Source of the DNA: Saprospirales bacterium
GTDB taxonomy: Bacteria > Bacteroidota > Bacteroidia > Chitinophagales > Saprospiraceae
Assembly: GCA_031425035.1 (NCBI GenBank)
Contig: JANPIN010000065.1
Location: 651-64,650, forward strand
Direction of reading: 5' to 3'
Length of the DNA: 64,000 nucleotides
Shown here: piece by piece, positions 25,794-34,246 of the stretch
Layout: each line of letters begins with the position of its first letter
How positions within the stretch are numbered: position 1 is the stretch's first letter
Program-made: the position numbers and the translations under genes
The notes under the pieces: generated by a model
Told to the model about the DNA's origin: nothing
The model's input: the letters and a program-made list of their open reading frames with translations, nothing else
Databases searched by the model: none

Positions 25794-27026
25794 ATGCCAA
25801 TCTCTAACTTCTCCACCGACGTACTCATCGTCGGCGCCGGCCCCGGTGGCGCCACCACTTCCCTCTTCCTGGCCAAAATGGGTATTTCCCATTGCATAGT
25901 CGATGCCGCCGTTTTTCCCCGCGATAAGGTCTGTGGCGACGGACTGGACCTGAAAGTCGTACGGGTGCTGCATCACCTGGACCCGGCCATTACGACGGCG
26001 GAAATGTTTGATAACCAGGATATTATTCCGTCCTGGGGGGCGCGGATTATTACGCCCAACGGAAAAACGACCGAGTTCCGGCAGCAACCCTCCGGTCCCG
26101 GCGAACCGCTGCAGCCCGTGCTGTGGACGACCAAACGGCTCTACTTCGATAACTTTCTGGTCAAGAAAATAGATCCGCGCTACGCCGATTTCCGGCAGGG
26201 CCTGGCGGTGGAAAAGATCGAACGCGACGGCAAAACCTGGCTGGCGAAAGCCCGTACCTCCGCCGGCGAAGAAGTGGAAATCCGTACCAAACTGATCATT
26301 GGCGCCGACGGCGATCACTCGGTAGTGCTGAGCGGATTGGGGGAACGCCGTATTGAACGGACGCACTACGCGGGCACCGTCCGGCAATACTGGAAAGGGC
26401 TGACCGGCCTGCATCCGGATAACCTGATCAATATTTACCTGCCCAAAGGCCTGCCGCTCTCCTACTTCTACTTTTTCCCCTTGCCCAATGGCGAGGCCAA
26501 TGTGGGCTACGGCATGGTCAGTTCGCTGGTCTCCGCTGGTAAGCATAACCTGCGCCAGCTGATGCAGCGTTTTATCACGGAAGACCCGGTGACGGCGCCG
26601 TATTTCCAGCAGGGCGAACCCCTGGAAGAACCCATTGGCTGGGGTATTCCGCTGGCTTCGCGGCGGCGGCGCAACTTCGGGGATGGTTATCTGCTGGTGG
26701 GCGATGCGGCTTCTTTGGTTTGCCCGACCAGCGGTGAAGGCATTGGCACCGCCATGATGTCCGGCTTCGTGGCCGCGCATTTCGTGCAGCGCGCCCTGGA
26801 AGCGGGCCGTTTCGATGCGGAATTTTTTAAAGACTATGACCACGCCGTGTACCGCCGGCTGGAAGGGGAGATCCGGGCCTATCAAATGTTGATGCGTTTC
26901 AAACCCTGGCGGCTATATGACTGGGGCCTGAACGTCATTGCCCATCATCCACTCATGCAGCGGCAGTTTCAAGGGCTGTACCGCGGCTGGCTGAATACGG
27001 CGTATACGAAGGAAATTGTGGTGTAA
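25794..27026 (+). CDS. geranylgeranyl reductase family FAD-dependent oxidoreductase
   Basis: 410 aa. It carries DVLIVGAGPGGATT, CGDGL, IIGADGDHSVV and GDAASLVCPTSGEGIGTAM. Confidence 0.85.
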   Translation: MPISNFSTDVLIVGAGPGGATTSLFLAKMGISHCIVDAAVFPRDKVCGDGLDLKVVRVLHHLDPAITTAEMFDNQDIIPSWGARIITPNGKTTEFRQQPSGPGEPLQPVLWTTKRLYFDNFLVKKIDPRYADFRQGLAVEKIERDGKTWLAKARTSAGEEVEIRTKLIIGADGDHSVVLSGLGERRIERTHYAGTVRQYWKGLTGLHPDNLINIYLPKGLPLSYFYFFPLPNGEANVGYGMVSSLVSAGKHNLRQLMQRFITEDPVTAPYFQQGEPLEEPIGWGIPLASRRRRNFGDGYLLVGDAASLVCPTSGEGIGTAMMSGFVAAHFVQRALEAGRFDAEFFKDYDHAVYRRLEGEIRAYQMLMRFKPWRLYDWGLNVIAHHPLMQRQFQGLYRGWLNTAYTKEIVV

Positions 27027-27065
27027 ACCAGCCAATGATTAACCCAAAAACGTAACATGTTTGAA

Positions 27066-27250
27066 GGGCGTCCCATGTTTTTTTACGCGCCATAAAAGTT
27101 TTCATAAGGGCCTCCCATGTTTTTCTACGCGCCATAAAAGTTTTGGGAAGGGCCTCCCATGTTTTTTTACGCGGCATAAGAGGAGAATGCCCCATATACT
27201 TTTCGAGCCATAAAATTTTTGAGTTGGGTGGAACTTATGTTTTATGATCC
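27066..27250. repeat. 42-nt tandem repeat: three good copies plus two degenerate ones
   Basis: Copies lie at 27066-27107 and 27108-27149, a shorter third copy begins at 27150, and degenerate copies begin at about 27189 and 27227. The core is gggcctcccatgttttt(t/c)tacgcgccataaaagtttt. Confidence 0.85.
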
Positions 27251-27399
27251 GGGAAAAACCGGCTGTACATTCACTCCTGCCATTTATAACCCTTATTATT
27301 TTACTAATTAATACATTTCCAACACCATAATAGCCCTAAAATGCAAATATAAATAATCAGGCCCGGCTAAAGTAGAGATTGTAAAGCGGTAAAATTGGC

Positions 27400-27651
27400 T
27401 TACCAGTATTTTTTAACTATATTTACTACTACTATTCCTATAAAACCCAGAAACCCTATGCCAAGTAATATAGCAAACATCATAAGCATCCGGTCGAGGG
27501 CGACCAATCCGTAACTACCGTCATACTCTTTCTCCAGTACCTCTAATCTTTTTTCTTTTGATTGATATCGGATGAATAAATAGAGCCAGCCAAAGGCCCT
27601 GCCAATGGTGTTCATAAATAAAGCAGATAAAAAATCCATCAATAATTCCAT
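27400..27651 (-). CDS. small membrane protein (hypothetical)
   Basis: 83-aa ORF with two hydrophobic helices flanking a charged KEKRLEVLEKEYDG segment, in a low-GC region. Confidence 0.5.
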   Translation of the reverse strand: MELLMDFLSALFMNTIGRAFGWLYLFIRYQSKEKRLEVLEKEYDGSYGLVALDRMLMMFAILLGIGFLGFIGIVVVNIVKKYW

Positions 27652-27661
27652 AGGGTGGAAA

Positions 27662-28390
27662 TTAATGCTTGGTTACACCGATCAACACGCTAAACTCTCC
27701 ATCCAGTTGTATCCAGTTTTCCCCGGGTAAATAGGTGCGCGAAATGGCCCCATCCAAATACAATGCGTTTTTGCAGCCTAAATGCGTGAAGTAATTGGCA
27801 AAATCATATAGGTTTATTTCCTGCTTCGACATGGCAAACAGCGGGTGGCCATTGGGAAGTATACCAACCCCATTCCGGATGTTTACATTTGTTGAATGCT
27901 CTTTAAATGCCGGGTGCATCTTTCCGTCCAGGAGCAGCATCGGACCGGACTGGGTTGCATATTTTATTTCTTCACTATTGATGAAGTTTTCCGTTGAGCA
28001 AATCATGGCGCGATGATCGGTTGTCGTATAGAACACCCCATTCGGTTTTAAATAAAAATTACCACGCCCGGAAGTGGTATCCAGGTGGGTTATCAGGTGT
28101 TGATCCTGTATGAAAAGACCTTGCGGGGAATGGTCGGGTTTGAATATACCGGCGTTCATGGCGAATACCAGTTGCGTGTCCCGGTTTGCCAGCCAGTTTT
28201 TCAGATTGCCCGGGTTGCTGAACATTTGGCCCTGATCGTCTTTCCAGTAAAGTTGGAAGTCTTGTTGTTGTAGATCGACTTCGTAACGGAGAAAACTATC
28301 ATCAATAGGTGCTGACTTTCTTAAAGCAAGAAAACCGGTGATAAACAGGAAAAGGAGCGCAAGGATAATCAACCAGTTCTGTTTACGCAT
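27662..28390 (-). CDS. phosphodiester glycosidase family protein (DUF2233/NAGPA-like), membrane anchored
   Basis: 242 aa with an N-terminal TM helix. It carries AMNAGIF, LKPNGVF, ATQSGPMLLLDG, RNGVGILPNG and ALYLDGAISR. Confidence 0.8.
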   Translation of the reverse strand: MRKQNWLIILALLFLFITGFLALRKSAPIDDSFLRYEVDLQQQDFQLYWKDDQGQMFSNPGNLKNWLANRDTQLVFAMNAGIFKPDHSPQGLFIQDQHLITHLDTTSGRGNFYLKPNGVFYTTTDHRAMICSTENFINSEEIKYATQSGPMLLLDGKMHPAFKEHSTNVNIRNGVGILPNGHPLFAMSKQEINLYDFANYFTHLGCKNALYLDGAISRTYLPGENWIQLDGEFSVLIGVTKH

Positions 28391-28421
28391 TGTTGGAATT
28401 AAATTAGTCTGGTGATCTATT

Positions 28422-28760
28422 TTACTTTACTAACTGATACACCGTCAACACTATAATGATCCCCAGGATACAAATATAAATCAACTTATTATATTTCGCC
28501 AGCCAGTTCGGTAAATAAATATCAAAATTATCCCGGGTGGAATCCGAGTATTTGCGGGCGAGAACAGTGAGTGGACAAAAGAAATTAAAGATCCATAAAA
28601 TTATCCCTTCCAGTATAAATAAGCCGTAACCGATCCACAGCCACTTATCCAGTTGATTATGCAGTACAGCATACAGCATATAGAAAATAACGACGTTAAA
28701 AAACAACCAGATAATGGTATGGGCAACCTTAATAACGGTCAGTTTGGTGGCACTTTGCAT
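28422..28760 (-). CDS. small polytopic membrane protein (DUF2784-like, tentative)
   Basis: 112 aa with about 4 TM spans and a FFCPLTVLARKY motif. Confidence 0.55.
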   Translation of the reverse strand: MQSATKLTVIKVAHTIIWLFFNVVIFYMLYAVLHNQLDKWLWIGYGLFILEGIILWIFNFFCPLTVLARKYSDSTRDNFDIYLPNWLAKYNKLIYICILGIIIVLTVYQLVK

Positions 28761-29070
28761 GTCTACTATATTATATGATCCTGCACACTATGATCCCTCC
28801 GCCCGGCAGGCTTTCGGATTCAAACCCGTTCTCTTTCTAGAACGCCCGCCGGAATACACCCGGATCATTATACGCAAATTACGCCATTGCCGGACAGAAT
28901 TCTGCCACATTTTGCAGCAAAACTGGCAGCCAGCAGGGTGCATTTCAAATTGTCGTTTCAACAGCCGTCCAGAAGTGGCACTTTTTTGCAAAGTGTCACT
29001 TCTATTCACCCCAGCCAGCACTACTTGCAGTGCTCAGTATGGGGTAACTACGGAGCGGCCTTTACCGTTA

Positions 29071-29126
29071 TTGTAATCCCCACTTTAGTCGGGCCTTTTT
29101 AAATCCCACTAAAGTCGGGGTTACAA
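29071..29126. repeat. REP-like composite palindrome (two CCCnAC-TNNA-GTCGGG units)
   Basis: The composite is ttgtaatccccactttagtcggg..tcccactaaagtcggggttacaa, with units at 29078-29093 and 29105-29120. The outer ttgtaa/ttacaa flanks are also complementary. Confidence 0.6.
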
Positions 29127-29128
29127 AT

Positions 29129-29156
29129 AGAGCCACCCTGCAGGCAGGATGGCTCT
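29129..29156 (-). terminator. hairpin downstream of osmC (possible terminator)
   Basis: agagcca..cctgcagg..tggctct forms a 7-bp outer stem. On the minus strand it is followed by the T-rich atttgtaa. Confidence 0.45.
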
Positions 29157-29174
29157 ATATTATAATTTATGTTT

Positions 29175-29190
29175 CCCGGCTGAAGCCGGG
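29175..29190. repeat. REP-like palindrome CCCGGCTGAAGCCGGG
   Basis: A perfect 6-bp stem with a 4-nt loop. A degenerate copy in the opposite orientation lies at 1721-1733. Confidence 0.55.
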
Positions 29191-29218
29191 GTTAAAAAAG
29201 CGGCAAAAGCGGTTCCAT

Positions 29219-29665
29219 TTACCCGTTCAACTTGGCTTCCAGTTCGATCGGCACGGCGGATAAGGCCTTACTGATCGGGCAGCCGGCTTTCGCGGCTTTC
29301 GCCAGTTCCTGGAATTTTTCCTCGGAAATGCCGGGCACTTCGCCTTCCAGATGCAGGGTGATTTGTTTAAAACCCCAGTCGGTACCGGTCTGCTCCATTT
29401 CGATTTGCGAAGTACAACGCAGTTCGGCCGGCGGAAAACCGGCGCCAGTGAGCTGGAAACTCAAGGCCATGATGAAACAACCGGCATGGGCAGCCGCCAC
29501 GAGTTCTTCGGGGTTGGTGCCGGCCGTGCCGTCTTCGTTCTGAAAACGTTTGGCGGTGGAGTAGGGGGTGTTGTTGAGTACACCGGAAGGACCGGTGAGG
29601 CTGCCGGAGCCTTCGGCGCCGGTGCCACGCCAGGAGGCGGAAGCAGTACGTTTGAAACTAGCCAT
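29219..29665 (-). CDS. osmC: OsmC-family peroxiredoxin
   Basis: The ORF is trimmed to the ATG at 29665 (MASFKRTASASWRG). NPEELVAAAHAGCF and AKAGCPISKAL carry the two conserved OsmC cysteines. Confidence 0.9.
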   Translation of the reverse strand: MASFKRTASASWRGTGAEGSGSLTGPSGVLNNTPYSTAKRFQNEDGTAGTNPEELVAAAHAGCFIMALSFQLTGAGFPPAELRCTSQIEMEQTGTDWGFKQITLHLEGEVPGISEEKFQELAKAAKAGCPISKALSAVPIELEAKLNG

Positions 29666-29735
29666 GTTCTTTTTTATAATTGGTGAATGACTTGTAACAA
29701 CGTTTACTCCTCCGGGTTTTGTAACCGCCGGAAAA

Positions 29736-31076
29736 TCAACCTTCGGTCTTCGGCTTTTGCGCCCCACCCCGGTTGTTAGGCCGGCGACGTTTGTTTTTGT
29801 CCGACGAAGACGGGCCGCGCGGCGTGGAAGATTTGCGGTGATCGCCGCTGCCGTGGCGTTGTCCCGGCCGGGGCTCCGGATAAGCCGAAGCAGGTCCGAG
29901 GTGTTCCGGTACCGGCAGTTTGGTGATTTCGCTGCCGATCAATTGCTCAATCTTGCGAAACCGCAGCTTGTCCATCGGGCTGATCAGCGTCAGCGCTTCG
30001 CCTTTGCGGGCGGCGCGGGCGGTACGGCCAATCCGGTGCACGTAGTCTTCCGCGTCGCGCGGTACGTCGTAATTGATCACCATGTCGATGCCGTCCACGT
30101 CGATGCCGCGGCTGACCACGTCGGTGGCCACGAGCACGTCGACCTGGCGGTTCCGGAAAGCCATCATCACCTGCTCGCGCTGTTCCTGCTCCAGGTCGCT
30201 GCTCATCAGACCAACCGAGAGCTGTTTGGCTTTCAGTTTCTGGTAGAGCTGGTTGACGGATTGTTTGGAAGAACCGAAGACCAGAATACGCTGCCCGATT
30301 TTATCTTTCAGCAAATCCACGATCAGCGGTAGTTTTTGCCGGTCGTCTACCAAATAGGCGCCCTGGGTAACACCCGCGGCGGGTTTAGACAGCGCGATGC
30401 TGACCATAGCCGGGTCTTTCAACAGGCTTTTGGAGAGTTTCAACACATTGGGCGGCATGGTGGCCGAGAACAGCAGGCTTTGGCGCTGCGGGTTCAATGT
30501 CTCGAATATTTTGAGCAGGTCGGGCTGAAAACCCATGTCCAGCATCCGGTCGGCTTCGTCGAGCACCAGGAATTTTACCCGTTTAAAATTGACGTACCCC
30601 AGTTGAATATGGGAAATCAGGCGGCCCGGCGTAGCGATAATAATGTCTGCGCCACCGGTCAGCGCGGTCCGTTCCTGATTGAAACTTTTGCCGTCGCCGC
30701 CGCCGTAAATGGCCATGGCCGATACGCCGCTGAAGTAGGAATACGCTTCGATCACCTTTTCGATCTGGATCGCCAGTTCCCGGGTCGGGACGACGATGAG
30801 GGCCTGGTTAAAGTGCGCCTCATTCGATTCGATGATCTTATGAATAATGGGCAGCACGAAGGCCGCCGTTTTGCCGGTACCGGTCTGGGCGACGCCGATG
30901 ACGTCTTTGCCGGCTAATATGAGGGGAATGGTCTGCGCCTGAATGGGGGTGGCGGTCGTGAAATTGAGGGCGTCGATGCCGTCCAACAGATCGGGATGGA
31001 GGCCGAATTCAGAAAAATCCAAGTAAGGAATATTTAGTAGAATGCTAAAAAATTGTAAGCGACTGCAAAGATGCAC
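29736..31076 (-). CDS. DEAD-box ATP-dependent RNA helicase
   Basis: 446 aa. It has the Q-motif TPIQ, then AQTGTGKT, DEAD, SAT and HRIGRTARA, plus a basic Arg/Gly/Lys tail. The start may be the TTG at 31022 (MDFSEFGL) rather than the ATG at 31076. Confidence 0.9.
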   Translation of the reverse strand: MHLCSRLQFFSILLNIPYLDFSEFGLHPDLLDGIDALNFTTATPIQAQTIPLILAGKDVIGVAQTGTGKTAAFVLPIIHKIIESNEAHFNQALIVVPTRELAIQIEKVIEAYSYFSGVSAMAIYGGGDGKSFNQERTALTGGADIIIATPGRLISHIQLGYVNFKRVKFLVLDEADRMLDMGFQPDLLKIFETLNPQRQSLLFSATMPPNVLKLSKSLLKDPAMVSIALSKPAAGVTQGAYLVDDRQKLPLIVDLLKDKIGQRILVFGSSKQSVNQLYQKLKAKQLSVGLMSSDLEQEQREQVMMAFRNRQVDVLVATDVVSRGIDVDGIDMVINYDVPRDAEDYVHRIGRTARAARKGEALTLISPMDKLRFRKIEQLIGSEITKLPVPEHLGPASAYPEPRPGQRHGSGDHRKSSTPRGPSSSDKNKRRRPNNRGGAQKPKTEG

Positions 31077-31218
31077 CTTTTAGGCGGTAGAAATGGCTGG
31101 TCAACGTTTTTAGTGCCTAACATGCTGGAAACGACCGCCAGAAAGCGTCCTTTTCCGATTTTACAAGTCCTTTACATTGTTTTACACCGGTTTTGACAGC
31201 CCGCCAACACGCACTGTA

Positions 31219-31226
31219 TACTTTTG
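31219..31226 (+). promoter_or_regulatory. candidate -7 box (TAnnTTTG) for the TBDR-like gene
   Basis: tacttttg sits within tatacttttgcccc, 123 nt upstream of the ATG at 31349. Confidence 0.4.
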
Positions 31227-31348
31227 CCCCAGGAACGTTATTTGCCGCAAAGGCCATCCTATCAACATCCTTCGTTACTTTTTATGGTCACAACAATGTC
31301 TTTTATCTCTATGGCGTTATGCCCGCGTACTTTAATAACCCTGATTGC

Positions 31349-34168
31349 ATGAAAAAATCTTCCCTCCTGCCGCTGCTGCTTTTGCTGCTGGCGAGCCACC
31401 TTCTTTCGGCACAAAATCCAACCAAAACGACCATTAAAGGCCTGGTAACCGATACCCTCGGGGTAGAACTGCCTTTTGCGACGGTCATGCTGTTGAATCC
31501 CAAGGATACGACGCTGGTCAATTTTACCCGCAGTGATGAAAAGGGCGCTTTTTCCTTTAAAAATGTCCGGAATGCCCCTTATTTACTCAAAATATCCTAC
31601 ATTGGTTACCTGCCTTTGCAACAGTATCTGAATCCGGCGGCCGAAGAAACGGCCGATCTGGGTACCGTTAAAATGAAGCCGATCTCTACCGAATTGATGG
31701 AAGTGGTGATCCGGACCGCCAAAGCGCCGCTGCGTATTCACGGCGATACCATCGAATATGATGCTTCCACGTTTAAAGTGCCGCCCGGCTCCACGGTCGA
31801 GGATCTGCTGCGCCGCCTGCCCGGCATCGAAGTGGACGCCGACGGGAACATCCGGGCGCAGGGCAAAGACGTGAAACGGGTGTACGTGGACGGTAAAATG
31901 TTCTTCAGCGACGATCCGAAAAGCGCCACGAAGAACCTGGGCGCCGAGACTATTTCCAAGGTGCAGGTTTATGACGAAAAATCGGAACAAGCCAAGCTGA
32001 CCGGGGTCGACGACGGGAAAAAGGAGAAGGCCATGAACCTGGAAATGAAGGAGGAATTTAAAAAAGGCTCCTTCGGTAAAATTACCGCCGCCGTGGGTAG
32101 CTCCGATCGTTGGGCAGCCCGGGGCAACTACAACCGCTTTAACACCAAGCAGCAACTCTCTTTCATCGGTTTCGGGAATAATATCAACCAAACGGGGGTG
32201 AACTGGGAAGATTATGGCGAATTCAAGGGCCAAAGCACCTCCGGTAATTATGATAATGGCGATTTCGGTTTTAACAGCAATGGCGACCGGTATTATAGAA
32301 CGGGCAGCGATGACGGCGTAATCAATAATTTTGACGGGCGCGGCTTTACCAAAAATTTCGGCGGCGGCTCCAATTTCAACTACGACAATAAAAAAGCGAA
32401 GTTCAACCTGAGCTATTTCTATAACCAGACGGACCTGCAACTGGATCAGTTCGGGTACCGGCAGACATTTTTACCGGAGGGAAATTTCTCCAACAGCGAC
32501 ACGACCAGCCAGCAGGAGTTTCGCGGAAACCACAGCATCGGTACCCGTTTTGAAAAGGACCTGGACTCGAATAATGTGCTGATTGTCAAAGCGAATGCCC
32601 GTTTGAGCAAGAATAACAAGGGCTACCGGCAGTCACAGCTTTTTTTCGACGATAGTGCGGAACCTACGAACCGGCTGGGCCTGGATAATGACAACGACCT
32701 GGATGCCTGGAACCTGAACAGTGCGGCCATTTTCCGGCACCGTTTTAAGAAGAAGGGCCGCTCGCTGGCCTTGAGCGCCGGTTATAACGGCAACCAGTCG
32801 GACGGCATCGAAAATTCCATTTCCATCAACCGCTTTTTCGAGGCGCAGACGTTCACCCAGCAGATCCGCCTGCTCAACACCAATAACAATCTGACGAATC
32901 AGTTGAAAAGCAGTGCCCTGTTCACCGAACCGCTGTCCAAAAAATGGTACTGGGAAACCTTTTTGAACTATAGCCAGGTCCATAATCAGGTGGACCGCCA
33001 GGCGACGAATCCACTCTTTAACAATGACCGGGTGGACTCCCTGAGCATTTTTTATAACCAGGATACCCGTTATCAGCGGGCCGGCACCAGCCTGCGTTAT
33101 TCTTACAAGGGTTTGAATGCCACTACCGGACTGGCTATGCAGCAAATTAACCTGGCCGGTGATTATGCCCGGCAGGAGGGCCGGCCGTTGCTGACCAATC
33201 CCGTCGACCGCACGTTCAATAACCTGGTCCCCAATGCGGATGTGAGTTACGAGTTTGCCAATAACCTCAACCTGAATTTCAATTACGGCTACGGCATCAC
33301 GGCGCCCAACCTGAACGATCTGCAACCGGTGCCCAATATCAACAACCCCGCTTTCCGGATCGAAGGAAACCCGAACCTGAGTCCGGAACGGCAGCATAGC
33401 CTGTCGTTTAACGTGAATAAATGGAATCCGGCCAACTTCTCCTATTTCGGCGTCGGTACGCAATACCAGTTGTATGACAGCCAGATCGTTTATAATCAAA
33501 CGATTGAGCAGATCGACAGCATTGGCATCCGTACAACCACCCGCCCGGATAATGTGTCGGGGGGAAATAGCTTTAACCTCTATAGCTGGTTTAATTTTCC
33601 CATTATCAAGACTAAACTGACTATGAACGGCGGCCCGAATGCCAGCTTCGGACAGACGCCCGCCTTTGTCAACGGCGTGCTCAATGAAACCCGCAGCAAT
33701 GGCTACGGCGGTAATATCGGGCTGAATCTTACGCCGGGTCAAAAACTGATCATGGGCTTGTCCGGCGACTTGAACTTCAATGACCTGAAATATTCGATCC
33801 AAAAGGAGCAGAACCAGCGTATTCAAAACCATACGGCATCGGCTTCCATCAAGTGGCAGTTCGCGGATAAATTTTTCCTGGAAAGCAATTTCAACTACAG
33901 TTTTTACCGCAATGATCGCTTTGGCTTCAACCGCGCCGTTCCCCTCTGGAATGCTTCTGTACGTCGCCTGCTGGGTAAAAGCAACCGCCTGGAAATGCGC
34001 CTGGCCGCCTTTGACCTGCTCAACCGGCAGGTGAATATCTCGCAGACCGGCACGCAGAACTACGTGACACGCGTTATTTCGAACACCCTGTCCCAGTACT
34101 TCATGCTGAGCGTGAGCTATAATGTGCGCGGTTATGAGAATAAAGTGAATAAGAACAACTGGTGGTGA
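31349..34168 (+). CDS. TonB-dependent-receptor-like outer membrane beta-barrel protein with N-terminal carboxypeptidase-regulatory-like domain
   Basis: The ORF is trimmed to the ATG at 31349, giving the signal peptide MKKSSLLPLLLLLLASHLLSAQ. IKGLVTD...ATVMLL is a CarbopepD_reg-like fold, DLLRRLPGIEVD is plug-like, and the C-terminus is the aromatic NNWW. Confidence 0.85.
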   Translation: MKKSSLLPLLLLLLASHLLSAQNPTKTTIKGLVTDTLGVELPFATVMLLNPKDTTLVNFTRSDEKGAFSFKNVRNAPYLLKISYIGYLPLQQYLNPAAEETADLGTVKMKPISTELMEVVIRTAKAPLRIHGDTIEYDASTFKVPPGSTVEDLLRRLPGIEVDADGNIRAQGKDVKRVYVDGKMFFSDDPKSATKNLGAETISKVQVYDEKSEQAKLTGVDDGKKEKAMNLEMKEEFKKGSFGKITAAVGSSDRWAARGNYNRFNTKQQLSFIGFGNNINQTGVNWEDYGEFKGQSTSGNYDNGDFGFNSNGDRYYRTGSDDGVINNFDGRGFTKNFGGGSNFNYDNKKAKFNLSYFYNQTDLQLDQFGYRQTFLPEGNFSNSDTTSQQEFRGNHSIGTRFEKDLDSNNVLIVKANARLSKNNKGYRQSQLFFDDSAEPTNRLGLDNDNDLDAWNLNSAAIFRHRFKKKGRSLALSAGYNGNQSDGIENSISINRFFEAQTFTQQIRLLNTNNNLTNQLKSSALFTEPLSKKWYWETFLNYSQVHNQVDRQATNPLFNNDRVDSLSIFYNQDTRYQRAGTSLRYSYKGLNATTGLAMQQINLAGDYARQEGRPLLTNPVDRTFNNLVPNADVSYEFANNLNLNFNYGYGITAPNLNDLQPVPNINNPAFRIEGNPNLSPERQHSLSFNVNKWNPANFSYFGVGTQYQLYDSQIVYNQTIEQIDSIGIRTTTRPDNVSGGNSFNLYSWFNFPIIKTKLTMNGGPNASFGQTPAFVNGVLNETRSNGYGGNIGLNLTPGQKLIMGLSGDLNFNDLKYSIQKEQNQRIQNHTASASIKWQFADKFFLESNFNYSFYRNDRFGFNRAVPLWNASVRRLLGKSNRLEMRLAAFDLLNRQVNISQTGTQNYVTRVISNTLSQYFMLSVSYNVRGYENKVNKNNWW

Positions 34169-34172
34169 TTTT

Positions 34173-34199
34173 AACTATGAACTATGAACTATATAGTTC
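34173..34199. repeat. 7-nt microsatellite (AACTATG) x3 merging into a 14-nt perfect palindrome
   Basis: aactatg aactatg aactata spans 34173-34193. gaactatatagttc (34186-34199) is its own reverse complement. Confidence 0.8.
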
Positions 34200-34246
34200 G
34201 GAGTGATTATTTCAAACCAACAAACCTTCAAACCTTTCAACCGCAC

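Noticed and set aside
25758-26885. 375-aa ORF antisense to the geranylgeranyl reductase gene
   Set aside because: The plus-strand product has clear FAD-binding motifs, and the antisense product has none.
26953-27195. 80-aa ORF with an in-frame 14-aa repeat (KTFMARRKTWEAL) on the minus strand of the 42-nt tandem array
   Set aside because: The frame stays open only because the repeat length is a multiple of three. The ORF extends 74 nt into the 3' end of the opposite-strand reductase gene and has no independent support.
28761-29070. Possible tRNA, SRP RNA or other housekeeping ncRNA in the long intergenic region (ggattcaaaccc and ggcagccagcaggg looked superficially like a T-arm and an SRP domain IV)
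   Set aside because: No acceptor or anticodon stem can be drawn around the T-arm-like string. The SRP GGAA tetraloop and symmetric-loop context are absent. An Rfam scan is needed before any call.
32633-33832. 399-aa ORF antisense to the TBDR-like gene. The same applies to 31583..32440, 59714..60616, 61620..62681, 62697..63602, 13749..14327 and 20330..21124.
   Set aside because: All are embedded opposite well-supported genes, with no motifs and biased composition. I treat them as shadow ORFs.
34177-34189. Identical 13-mer atgaactatgaac at two gene junctions (34177-34189 and 40888-40900)
   Set aside because: With about 2 x 10^9 position pairs in 64 kb and 4^13 = 6.7 x 10^7 possible 13-mers, tens of chance 13-mer matches are expected. 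On its own this is not significant.
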